Shown piece after piece: positions 7,146-15,202 of a stretch of 64,000 nt of DNA. This DNA is from a candidate division FCPU426 bacterium (GTDB lineage: Bacteria > Oederibacteriota > JAAXVQ01 > JAUVAV01), in contig JBFLYH010000001.1 in the NCBI GenBank assembly GCA_040756875.1, positions 32,001-96,000 of the forward strand. Direction: 5' to 3'. Numbering within the stretch: the stretch's first letter is position 1; each line of letters opens with the position of its first letter. The notes under the pieces were generated by a model that saw only the letters and a program-made list of their open reading frames with translations, was not told the DNA's origin and did no database searches. The translations under genes were made by a program, and so were the position numbers.

Positions 7146-9040
7146 AGAAAAAGGCCGCTCCCGGCATTATCCTAAAACAAAGCAGACCCGCCAAGCAATC
7201 CGCAGGCAGCGATTATTCCGCGGGTACAGGGCCGGAAGTGTCCTTGCTGCTCAATGGCGAGGAAATATCCGTGGCCCGCGATACGACGATATACGATGCG
7301 GCTGTACAAAACGGCGCGTGTTTCGCCCGCCCGGAGGACGTGGCCGAAACCTCTTGGATTCACAACGGCGATTGCTATCTGCTTAGCATTGCGGAAGTCA
7401 ACCAGGTTTTGATGCCGGTGGCGGCGATGAAAAAGAGGCCAGTGGCACAGGGCATGCGCATCAACACCGAATCCCCTAAAATAAAGGCCAGCCTGCGCGA
7501 CCGGGTCAAGCAATTGCATGAACGGCAGGAATGCGCCGTTGTCAGGCAAATCCAGGAATTGTGCGCAGCCGAGGCGGAATCCGCCGGATTTGTCTCGGCG
7601 CCGGAAAGGGAAAAGTGGGGTTTCGCAGACCGCCTGACCGGGCCGTCCATTTTGCATGAGCCGAACAAATGCCTGCGCTGCGAAGCGTGCGTCAACGCCT
7701 GCAAAGACCTCCAGGGAGTGGACGCCCTGCGCAAGGATCCTGCGTTGGGGATCGTGGTGGACGAAACCAAATGCGTGCGTTGCGGGCAGTGCATTCTGGC
7801 TTGCCCCATGGGCTCGCCGGAGAACCTGGCCGCCTATCTTGACCTGATGGGATGCCATATGTGCCCGTTTTCACGGCCCTTGGGCGCAATGAGGGAGCAG
7901 GACGATACGGCCAGGGTGTTGCAAGCGCTGAATGATCCGGATCAATACGTGGTCGTGCAATTTGCCCCCTCGGTCAGGGCCACCCTGGGCGAGGCCTTCG
8001 GCATCGCGCCGGGCGCTTTAGTCACCAACCAATTGTACGCCGCTTTGCGCCGGGCCGGTTTTGACCGGATCTGGGACACCAACTTCGCCGCTGACCTCAC
8101 GATCATGGAGGAAGGCTCCGAACTGATCGCGCGCCTTCAGCGGCAAGGGCCTCTGCCGCAACTGACCTCCTGCTCGCCGGGCTGGGTCAATTACATCGAA
8201 ACCTTCTATCCGGAGTTGCTGCCGCTGGTTTCCTCCGCCAAATCACCCCAGCAAATGTTCGGCGTGGCGGCAAAAACCTATGCCGCGGAAAAATTGCGCG
8301 TCGCTCCGGGGAAAATGACCGTGGTATCCATTATGCCGTGCACGGCTAAAAAATACGAAGCGGCCCGCAAAGAAATGAACGCAGCCTGGGAATACTGGCG
8401 CCGGAAGGGGCTGAACCAAGACCCCTTTCAGGACGTGGACGTTGTACTGACGACACGCGAGGCGGCCAAGCTTTTAAAAATACTGAACATCGATGTGTCA
8501 AAAATGCCAGAGGAAGGCCCTGATCCGCTTTTAGGCGCGTATTCCGGCGCAGCACCCATTTTCGGACGGACCGGAGGTGTCATGGAGGCTGCCTTGCGGA
8601 CGGCCTACGAGCTGCTGACCAATACCCCTCTGGGTGAGCTGGAGTTCTCAGAGCTGGGAACCGTGGAAGGCATAAAAAGGGGCCGGGTCCTGATCAACGG
8701 GTCGGAAATCAAAGTCGCTGTGGCCCACGGGCTGGCCAATGCCCGGCAGGTGCTGGAATCCATCAAGCAGAAGGGCGAATTTTCCCGCTACCATTTCATC
8801 GAGATCATGTGCTGCCCTGGCGGGTGCGTGGGAGGGGGAGGTCAGATTGTTTCCACCAACCTGCCCCGGATCGTCAAACGAACCCTTGGCATCAATCAGG
8901 ATGACCGCCAGCGTGAAATAAGAAAATCCCATCAAAACAAGGAAATCCAGGCGCTATACCGGGATTTCCTCGGACAGCCTTTAAGCCGGCTGGCGCATGA
9001 ACTGCTGCATACCAAGTATTCCGCCCGTCCACCCAAGTAA
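7142..9040 (+). CDS. hydA: Group A [FeFe]-hydrogenase catalytic subunit
   Basis: APSVR, FAADLTIMEE, L1 TSCSPGW, KSPQQM, L2 MPCTAKKYE, FGRTGGVMEAA, L3 EIMCCPGGCVGGGGQ, and the fused small-subunit tail SHQN..LY...AHELLHTKY. GGAGG RBS; ATGA overlap with mvhD. Confidence 0.93.
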   Translation: MKKKAAPGIILKQSRPAKQSAGSDYSAGTGPEVSLLLNGEEISVARDTTIYDAAVQNGACFARPEDVAETSWIHNGDCYLLSIAEVNQVLMPVAAMKKRPVAQGMRINTESPKIKASLRDRVKQLHERQECAVVRQIQELCAAEAESAGFVSAPEREKWGFADRLTGPSILHEPNKCLRCEACVNACKDLQGVDALRKDPALGIVVDETKCVRCGQCILACPMGSPENLAAYLDLMGCHMCPFSRPLGAMREQDDTARVLQALNDPDQYVVVQFAPSVRATLGEAFGIAPGALVTNQLYAALRRAGFDRIWDTNFAADLTIMEEGSELIARLQRQGPLPQLTSCSPGWVNYIETFYPELLPLVSSAKSPQQMFGVAAKTYAAEKLRVAPGKMTVVSIMPCTAKKYEAARKEMNAAWEYWRRKGLNQDPFQDVDVVLTTREAAKLLKILNIDVSKMPEEGPDPLLGAYSGAAPIFGRTGGVMEAALRTAYELLTNTPLGELEFSELGTVEGIKRGRVLINGSEIKVAVAHGLANARQVLESIKQKGEFSRYHFIEIMCCPGGCVGGGGQIVSTNLPRIVKRTLGINQDDRQREIRKSHQNKEIQALYRDFLGQPLSRLAHELLHTKYSARPPK

Positions 9041-9044
9041 GTGC

Positions 9045-9072
9045 TTGACTCGACCGGAAAAATCCGTATATT
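9045..9072 (+). promoter_or_regulatory. Putative sigma70 promoter of the tRNA pair
   Basis: TTGACT-16 nt-TATATT upstream of tRNA-Val. Confidence 0.5.
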
Positions 9073-9154
9073 AAATGGACTTTGATCAGCAGTGGCGGTG
9101 AATTTAACGATCATCCCTGCTTTTCAGAACGTTTTTTAAGTGCATGCAAGTCAT

Positions 9155-9231
9155 GGGCGGATAGCTCAGTTGGTTAGAGCGCCTGCCTTACAAGCAGGAG
9201 GTCACAGGTTCGAACCCTGTTTCGCCCACCA
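9155..9231 (+). tRNA. tRNA-Val(TAC)
   Basis: GGGCGGA acceptor stem, TAGCTCAGTTGGTTAGAGC D-arm, anticodon stem CCTGC-ctTACaa-GCAGG, GGTTCGAACC T-arm, encoded CCA. Confidence 0.97.
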
Positions 9232-9412
9232 GCGTTTCGCCCTGGCGGGCGAAACGCAGAGCAGGCGAGCAGTTGAACAGTTGAACAGGAGATTAAAGCG
9301 AGCCTGCGGTCACCTGCTCTGCTGTTCCACTGGTCGATTTTTCACATGATCGTTTTAATGAATTTAAGCAGTTGAACAGCTGGACAGGTGAGCTGATTCG
9401 CTGCGTTTATAT

Positions 9413-9490
9413 GGGGTCGTAGCTCAGCTGGTTTAGAGCGCCTGCCTGTCACGCAGGAGGCCGCGGGTTCGAGCCCCGTCGACCCCGCCA
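9413..9490 (+). tRNA. tRNA-Asp(GTC)
   Basis: GGGGTCG/CGACCCC acceptor stem, anticodon CCTGC-ctGTCac-GCAGG, GGTTCGAGCC T-arm, encoded CCA. Confidence 0.97.
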
Positions 9491-9536
9491 GTAAATAAAA
9501 AGCCCGGTCCAAAAGGACCGGGCTTTTTATTTACTG
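9489..9536 (+). terminator. Intrinsic (likely bidirectional) terminator after tRNA-Asp
   Basis: Perfect 22-bp inverted repeat CAGTAAATAAAAAGCCCGGTCC-aaaa-GGACCGGGCTTTTTATTTACTG. Confidence 0.9.
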
Positions 9537-9652
9537 ATAGGAGATTGATGGGAGATTCGAACTCAAGGGGGTCTGGGGGAGAAGCTCCCCCAGGCACTCG
9601 GGGTGACAGCGACGAGCTTGCGAGGAGCGCCAGAGGGGCAGAGCCCCTATGG

Positions 9653-9757
9653 AGAGCGCCGGGAGGCGCGAGGGTTCTAGGCCAAAGGCCGGAGCCCCGT
9701 CGACCCCGCCAGAAAATAAAACACCCAGCCCTTTCAGGCTGGGTACTTAATTTTCTG
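9653..9757 (+). repeat. Duplicated tRNA-Asp 3' end (att-like or tRNA-linked repeat) plus a second terminator
   Basis: GAGCCCCGTCGACCCCGCCAG at 9692-9712 is identical to 9471-9491. It is followed by the hairpin ACCCAGCC...GGCTGGGT with outer arms CAGAAAAT/ATTTTCTG. Confidence 0.85.
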
Positions 9758-9829
9758 CAGGTGTTCGGAAGACGAGGCGAGAACTCAGGGAGTATGGGAA
9801 AGATATCCCCCTGCTCGAAGCGTCGGCAT

Positions 9830-10198
9830 TTAATCCGGCGTTTCGACGCGCAGACGATGGACGTCCGGGTCCAGACCCATAAAATGGGTGCTGCCAAAAT
9901 ACATTTTCTGGGGCGGTATGATGATGCGAATCCCCTTTTGGACCCATGGTTGATGCAGCTCGTTTAACGCGGCCGTACCCGTGACCGTGAAGCTCAGCTC
10001 TGCCGAGGCGCTCATGGCAGGGGCAGGAGGTTGCAGCTTGTTGCGGTCATAGATGGAGAATTCGAAACCATGATCGAGCTTGAACATCGCATAGAAGGGG
10101 GACGCTAAAGTGGGTTTTTGATTGAATAAATCCGAATAGAACGCCGAGCTTTTGACGATATCGATGACATAAAATAACACTGCGTTTGGTTGGGGCAT
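9830..10198 (-). CDS. VOC/glyoxalase-superfamily protein (drug-binding type)
   Basis: LFYVIDIVKSSAFY...ELSF...PQKMYFG..F..LDPD.H.LRV VOC pattern; GGGGAGG RBS before the ATG at 10198. Confidence 0.8.
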   Translation of the reverse strand: MPQPNAVLFYVIDIVKSSAFYSDLFNQKPTLASPFYAMFKLDHGFEFSIYDRNKLQPPAPAMSASAELSFTVTGTAALNELHQPWVQKGIRIIIPPQKMYFGSTHFMGLDPDVHRLRVETPD

Positions 10199-10535
10199 AC
10201 CGACCTCCCCTATTATCAAATCGTTCGTTTTGCCGCTAAAAACATTTTCTGTCAGCAACGCGACCTAAGCATTGGACCCCTGAATAATTGGATCTGTGGA
10301 ATCGGAATGGAACCGTTGTATCCCTATTAATGGATGGAGTATACCCGCGGGCGCAGAGAAAAAACTAGCAATTTCAATGTTTTTATGGGATTTTGTTAAA
10401 CGCGGCCACTAAAGACTGCGGGCTGTCCAGGCACCTGTTCCATTTTTAACTAAAAGTGGCCGCTTTCATGATAACGGGTGGCCGTTTGGGCCCGGCGCAT
10501 GCAGGTGACGAGAAACCGAAGTCCCGAGGGGAAGC

Positions 10536-13500
10536 ATGAATTTATTTATACGGAAATGGTATTTAACCGGACTTACTATCCTGCTGTCCGGCGGATTGAT
10601 GATTGGGGGCGCTGCCGGGTTGGGATTCAAGGCACAAGGGCAGGACTGGCGGCAGGCTAAACGGTTGTTCGCGTGGCAGGCAAGCAAAGCATCGGTGAAA
10701 ACGAACATCGCCATAAACTCCCAGGCGGCTAAAGCAGGGGCAAATGAAAATTGGCTCAGCCAAGTTATAAGGCGGATCGAAACCCAGGAATATACGGCGT
10801 TGAAAAACGCGGAAGGCCAATGGCAGGCGCCGAATAGGAAACAGCGGTTGCGGACGGTTTTTGCGAGCGACGGCATTGAAGTGGCGCCGCAGTTCATTTC
10901 CCGGGGAACCGCCGGACAACTGTTGCCGGGCAAAGGACCTAAGACCGTTCAGGTTGCTCAGACACAAAGCGCTCAATGGACATGGCGATGGCAGACCCAG
11001 GCAATCGGGAGGACGGGCGCTATGCGCTCTGTGCCGGACATCGCGCCAAAAGCCGAAGGCAACCGGGTGGAGTATGCGCGTGAGGATTTCGTCGAATGGT
11101 ATGAGAACAAACCCGAAGGCGTGGAACAGGGATTTGTCATTCATCGGAAACCGGAAATCAATCGGGGCGCTCAACCGGACACCGATACAGTGGGCATCCA
11201 ATCCCAGCCCATCCTGGGCTTGATCCCCCGTTTATCCCCGGACCAACAGCGCATCGAATTTCTAGATCAACATCAGGCCAAAGTTCTGGAATACGGCAAA
11301 CTGCTGGTTCGGGATGCGCGCGGAAAGGTTCTGCGCTCCGAACTTCGGCTGGAAAACAACCGAATCATGCTGGCTTATGATGATCACGCTGCTGCCTATC
11401 CTGTGCATATTGATCCCTTGCTGACAACCCCGGCCTGGACTGCTGACGGGGACCAGAACGGCGCCTATTTCGCCTGGTCGGTGGCGAGCGCCGGGGATGT
11501 GAACAACGACGGGTATGGCGATGTGATCGTAGGTGCGTCCCATTACAGCAATGGCGAGACGTATGAAGGCCGCGCGTTTGTGTATCATGGGAGCGCCTCG
11601 GGACTGGCCGCAACCCCGGCGTGGACCACTGAGGGCAACCTGCTTGGTGCCTATTTCGGCCATTCGGTGGCGAGTGCGGGTGATGTCAATGGCGACGGAT
11701 ACAGTGATGTGGTTGTAGGCGCTTTTAATTATAATAACGGGGAAGTGGGCGAAGGCCGCGTGTTTGTTTATCACGGAAGCGCCTCGGGACTGGCCGCAAC
11801 TCCGGCCTGGACCGCCGAGAGCAACCAGGCCGGTGCGCATTTCGGCTATTCAGTAGCGAGTGCCGGGGATGTGAACGGCGATGGGTACGCGGATGTGATC
11901 GTGGGCGCCCGCTATTATACCAATGGCGAGTCGCGGGAAGGCCGCGCCTATGTGTATCATGGGAGCGCCTCGGGACTGGCCGCAACCCCGGCGTGGACCG
12001 GCGAGAGCAATCAAGTCGATGGGTATTTCGGCTATTCGGTGGCGAGCGCCGGAGATGTGAACGGCGACGGATACAGCGATGTGATTGTGGGCGCTTACAA
12101 CTGCTATAGCGGCGAGGCGGGGGAAGGCCGCGCATTTGTCTATCATGGGAGCGCTTCCGGCTTGGCCGCAACCCCGGCCTGGACTGCGGAGAGCAATCAG
12201 GTTAATGCTTGTTTTGGCTATTCCGTGGCGGGCGCGGGGGATGTGGATGGCGACGGATACAGCGATGTGATTGTGGGCGCCATCGCGTATGACAATGTAG
12301 AGGCGAATGAGGGCTGCGCGTTCGTGTATCACGGGAGCGCCTCGGGTCTGGGCGCAACCCCGGCGTGGACCGCCGAAAGCAATCAAAACAGTGCGGAGTT
12401 CGGCTATTCCGTGGCGGGCGCAGGTGATGTGAATGGCGACGGATACGCTGATGTGATCGTGGGCGCTTGTTTATATGACAACGGCGACATGGACGAAGGC
12501 CGCGCCTATGTGTATCTTGGCGGCGCTTCAGGTTTGGCTGCAACTCCAACTTGGACTGATGAGGGAAATCAATACAACGCCCGGTTCGGCTATTCGGCGT
12601 CAAGCGCCGGGGATGTGAACGGCGACGGGTACTCGGACGTGATGGTGGGCGCTTATTTATATGACAATGGCGTGCCTGATTTGGGCCGCGTATTTGTCTA
12701 TCACGGGGGCGCTTCAGGGCTCGCGGCTGCCCCGGCCTGGACAGCAGAGAGCGATCAGGCAAACGCCAACTTTGGCTGGATGGTGTCAAGCGCCGGGGAC
12801 GTGAACGGCGACGGTTACAATGACGTGATCGTAGGCGCGCGCGGATACGATGCCATGGGCAGAGTTTATGTTTATCATGGCAGCGCCAGCGGACCCTCCC
12901 TGGCACCGGACTGGACGGCCGCCGGGGATCAGGCAGGCGCTTATTTCGGCAATGCGGCGGCGGCGGCCGGGGATGTGAACGGCGACGGGTACGGTGATGT
13001 GATTATCAGCGCCCATTGGTACACCCACGGCGAGACCAATGAGGGCATGGTTTATGTGTATCACGGGAGCGCAACCGGACTCTCGGCCACGCCCGACTGG
13101 ACCGCGGAAGGCGACCAGGCGAGCGCTTATTTCGGCACCAGCCTGGCGGGCGCAGGGGATGTGAATGGCGACGGGTATGCCGACGTGATTATCGGAGCAC
13201 CCAACTATGACCATGGCGAAGCGGATGAAGGCCAGGTGTTTGTCTATTGCGGAAGCGCAAGCGGACTTGGCAGCACTCCGGCCTGGACTGCTGAAAGCGA
13301 CCAAGCCATTGCCCAGATGGGCTCGTGCGTGGCTTCGGCTGGAGACGTGAACGGTGATGGGTTCAGCGATGTAATTGCAGGCGCGCCTTTTTACAGCAAT
13401 GGCGAGTCGCGGGAAGGCCGCGCGTTTGTTTATCATGGGTACGCGGGTGGACTTTACGTCACCCCGGCTTGGACCACGGAGAGCAACCAGGTGAATGCCT

Positions 13501-15176
13501 ATTTGGGGGCCTGTGCCAGTGCCGGAGATGTGAACGGCGACGGGTACGGCGATGTGGTGGTGGGCGCTTATTTTTATGATAATGGCGAGGTGAACGAAGG
13601 CAGCGCCTACGTGTTTCACGGCAGCGCCTCGGGGCTGGGAAGCACCCCGGTTTGGACCGCGGAGAGCAATCAGGCGGATGCCCGTTTCGGCCAATCCGTA
13701 GCCAGCGCCGGTGACGTGAATGGCGATAGGTATGACGACGTGATGATAGGTGCACCGAATTTTAGCGACGGTGAGACGAATGAAGGCCGCGCGTTTATAT
13801 ATTATGGCGGCGCGACCGGGCTTGCGGGGGCATCGGCCTGGATGACCGGGGGCAACCAGGCGAATGCTCGTTTTGGTTGGGTGGCGACTGGCGCCGGAGA
13901 TGTCAATGGTGACGGCTACGGCGACACTATTGTGGGCGCGCCTTATTTTTCCAACAGTGAAAGCAATGAAGGCCGGGCGTTTGTGTATCTCGGCAATAGT
14001 GGTACAGCGCAAGCAGTCAGGCTTCGCCAGGCAAGCGCTGATGGATTACGGTTGATCGGACCCGCTGGAATGGCTTCGACAGATGCCGGCAACACATCCT
14101 TCCGGGTGCGTATTTTCAGCCGAGCGAGCCAGGGCCGGAGCAGGGCGAAGCTGCAACTGCAAACTGGGGAACCAGGACAGCCATTAATGTCCGGGACCTT
14201 GACCGCCCAGGCAGGATACACGGATCTGGGAGTGGCGGGTACGGATCTGGAATTCCCGTTAAGTGGCCTTGATTCTCTGCAGGCTTATCATTGGCAGGCC
14301 AGGCTGTTGTATGATCCTGCCCAAGCTTCCAATGGAAATCTGCACGGCCCGTGGCACAACCTGTCGTGGGGCGGATTATGCGGCAATTCGGACATGCGCA
14401 CCGGACCTGTTCCTGCGCCAACCGCCACACCGACCATCACTTGCACGGCGACCCAAACCTGGACTGTGACACCGACTGGGACGCAAACACCGACGGTGAC
14501 GATGACTCCGACCGGGACAGAAACCGGAACCGCGACACCGACATTGACGGCCACGCCGACCGTGACTTTGACTGCGACGCACACGTTGACGGCAACGGGA
14601 AGTGAAACCTCAACTGCGACACCAACGCCGACTGCCACGCCGACAGTCACATTGACCCGGACCGGAACAGAGACTTTAACCGCGACGCCAACCGCCAGCG
14701 CGACGTCCAGCATTACCCCGACGGGCACACTGTCGACCACACTAACGGTCACGCCGACAACAACCACGACGGCAAATGAAACACCCGTGCTTTCGAGAAC
14801 GCCGACTTCGACGGCAACAAACAGTCCGGTCATTGTTGCCACGCCCACAATTACCGCCGGCATGACGGGCACAAGTTCGCCTACCCTGACGGCAAGTCCG
14901 GTGCTGGCTGGCCCAGGCAATAAAAAAGTATTGGTTTATCCCAGTCCGGCCAGTGATAAGATGCGATTTGTAATGAATGTGGAGGAGGCCGGTCGGGTTA
15001 TGATAATGATTTACAATTTAAATGGCGAGAGGGTAGCTGCCCTAAACACTGATTTATACTCCGGCCGGGAAACCATCACATGGGACTGTTCCGGATTGGC
15101 GCCGGGCATTTACCTGGCGCGGTTGCTGCTGGAAGGAAAGGAAATCGGAAAAGCCAAAGTGGCGGTGGTGCGCTAA
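10536..15176 (+). CDS. Large secreted FG-GAP (integrin-alpha beta-propeller) repeat protein with Thr/Pro stalk and C-terminal sorting-like domain
   Basis: Signal-like N-terminus; 14 copies of FG.SVA.AGDVNGDGY.D.IVGA...GR..VY.G with ~62-aa period; (T-x)n tract; C-terminal VYPSPA...WDC..LAPGIY...KVAVVR. Confidence 0.9.
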   Translation: MNLFIRKWYLTGLTILLSGGLMIGGAAGLGFKAQGQDWRQAKRLFAWQASKASVKTNIAINSQAAKAGANENWLSQVIRRIETQEYTALKNAEGQWQAPNRKQRLRTVFASDGIEVAPQFISRGTAGQLLPGKGPKTVQVAQTQSAQWTWRWQTQAIGRTGAMRSVPDIAPKAEGNRVEYAREDFVEWYENKPEGVEQGFVIHRKPEINRGAQPDTDTVGIQSQPILGLIPRLSPDQQRIEFLDQHQAKVLEYGKLLVRDARGKVLRSELRLENNRIMLAYDDHAAAYPVHIDPLLTTPAWTADGDQNGAYFAWSVASAGDVNNDGYGDVIVGASHYSNGETYEGRAFVYHGSASGLAATPAWTTEGNLLGAYFGHSVASAGDVNGDGYSDVVVGAFNYNNGEVGEGRVFVYHGSASGLAATPAWTAESNQAGAHFGYSVASAGDVNGDGYADVIVGARYYTNGESREGRAYVYHGSASGLAATPAWTGESNQVDGYFGYSVASAGDVNGDGYSDVIVGAYNCYSGEAGEGRAFVYHGSASGLAATPAWTAESNQVNACFGYSVAGAGDVDGDGYSDVIVGAIAYDNVEANEGCAFVYHGSASGLGATPAWTAESNQNSAEFGYSVAGAGDVNGDGYADVIVGACLYDNGDMDEGRAYVYLGGASGLAATPTWTDEGNQYNARFGYSASSAGDVNGDGYSDVMVGAYLYDNGVPDLGRVFVYHGGASGLAAAPAWTAESDQANANFGWMVSSAGDVNGDGYNDVIVGARGYDAMGRVYVYHGSASGPSLAPDWTAAGDQAGAYFGNAAAAAGDVNGDGYGDVIISAHWYTHGETNEGMVYVYHGSATGLSATPDWTAEGDQASAYFGTSLAGAGDVNGDGYADVIIGAPNYDHGEADEGQVFVYCGSASGLGSTPAWTAESDQAIAQMGSCVASAGDVNGDGFSDVIAGAPFYSNGESREGRAFVYHGYAGGLYVTPAWTTESNQVNAYLGACASAGDVNGDGYGDVVVGAYFYDNGEVNEGSAYVFHGSASGLGSTPVWTAESNQADARFGQSVASAGDVNGDRYDDVMIGAPNFSDGETNEGRAFIYYGGATGLAGASAWMTGGNQANARFGWVATGAGDVNGDGYGDTIVGAPYFSNSESNEGRAFVYLGNSGTAQAVRLRQASADGLRLIGPAGMASTDAGNTSFRVRIFSRASQGRSRAKLQLQTGEPGQPLMSGTLTAQAGYTDLGVAGTDLEFPLSGLDSLQAYHWQARLLYDPAQASNGNLHGPWHNLSWGGLCGNSDMRTGPVPAPTATPTITCTATQTWTVTPTGTQTPTVTMTPTGTETGTATPTLTATPTVTLTATHTLTATGSETSTATPTPTATPTVTLTRTGTETLTATPTASATSSITPTGTLSTTLTVTPTTTTTANETPVLSRTPTSTATNSPVIVATPTITAGMTGTSSPTLTASPVLAGPGNKKVLVYPSPASDKMRFVMNVEEAGRVMIMIYNLNGERVAALNTDLYSGRETITWDCSGLAPGIYLARLLLEGKEIGKAKVAVVR
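11430..13995 (+). repeat. Intragenic tandem repeat array (~186-bp units) encoding FG-GAP blades
   Basis: Near-identical DNA units, e.g. GTGTATCATGGGAGCGCCTCGGGACTGGCCGCAACCCCGGCGTGGACC recurring near 11582 and 11954. Boundaries are approximate. Confidence 0.85.
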
Positions 15177-15202
15177 GCGTCCGCCAATTCCATCCGGTAC
15201 CA

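Noticed and set aside
9433-9967. ORFs overlapping tRNA-Asp and its downstream repeat
   Set aside because: They cross a tRNA, two terminators and the VOC gene, and show no protein motif.
10395-10463. 9-bp inverted repeat GCGGCCACT/AGTGGCCGC upstream of the FG-GAP gene as an invertible switch
   Set aside because: The repeat is short, there is no recombinase nearby, and no clear promoter lies between the arms.
11430-13995. Regular repeat array as a possible CRISPR or DGR-type locus
   Set aside because: Units are ~186 bp, in frame and encode FG-GAP blades; there are no unique spacers, cas genes or reverse transcriptase.
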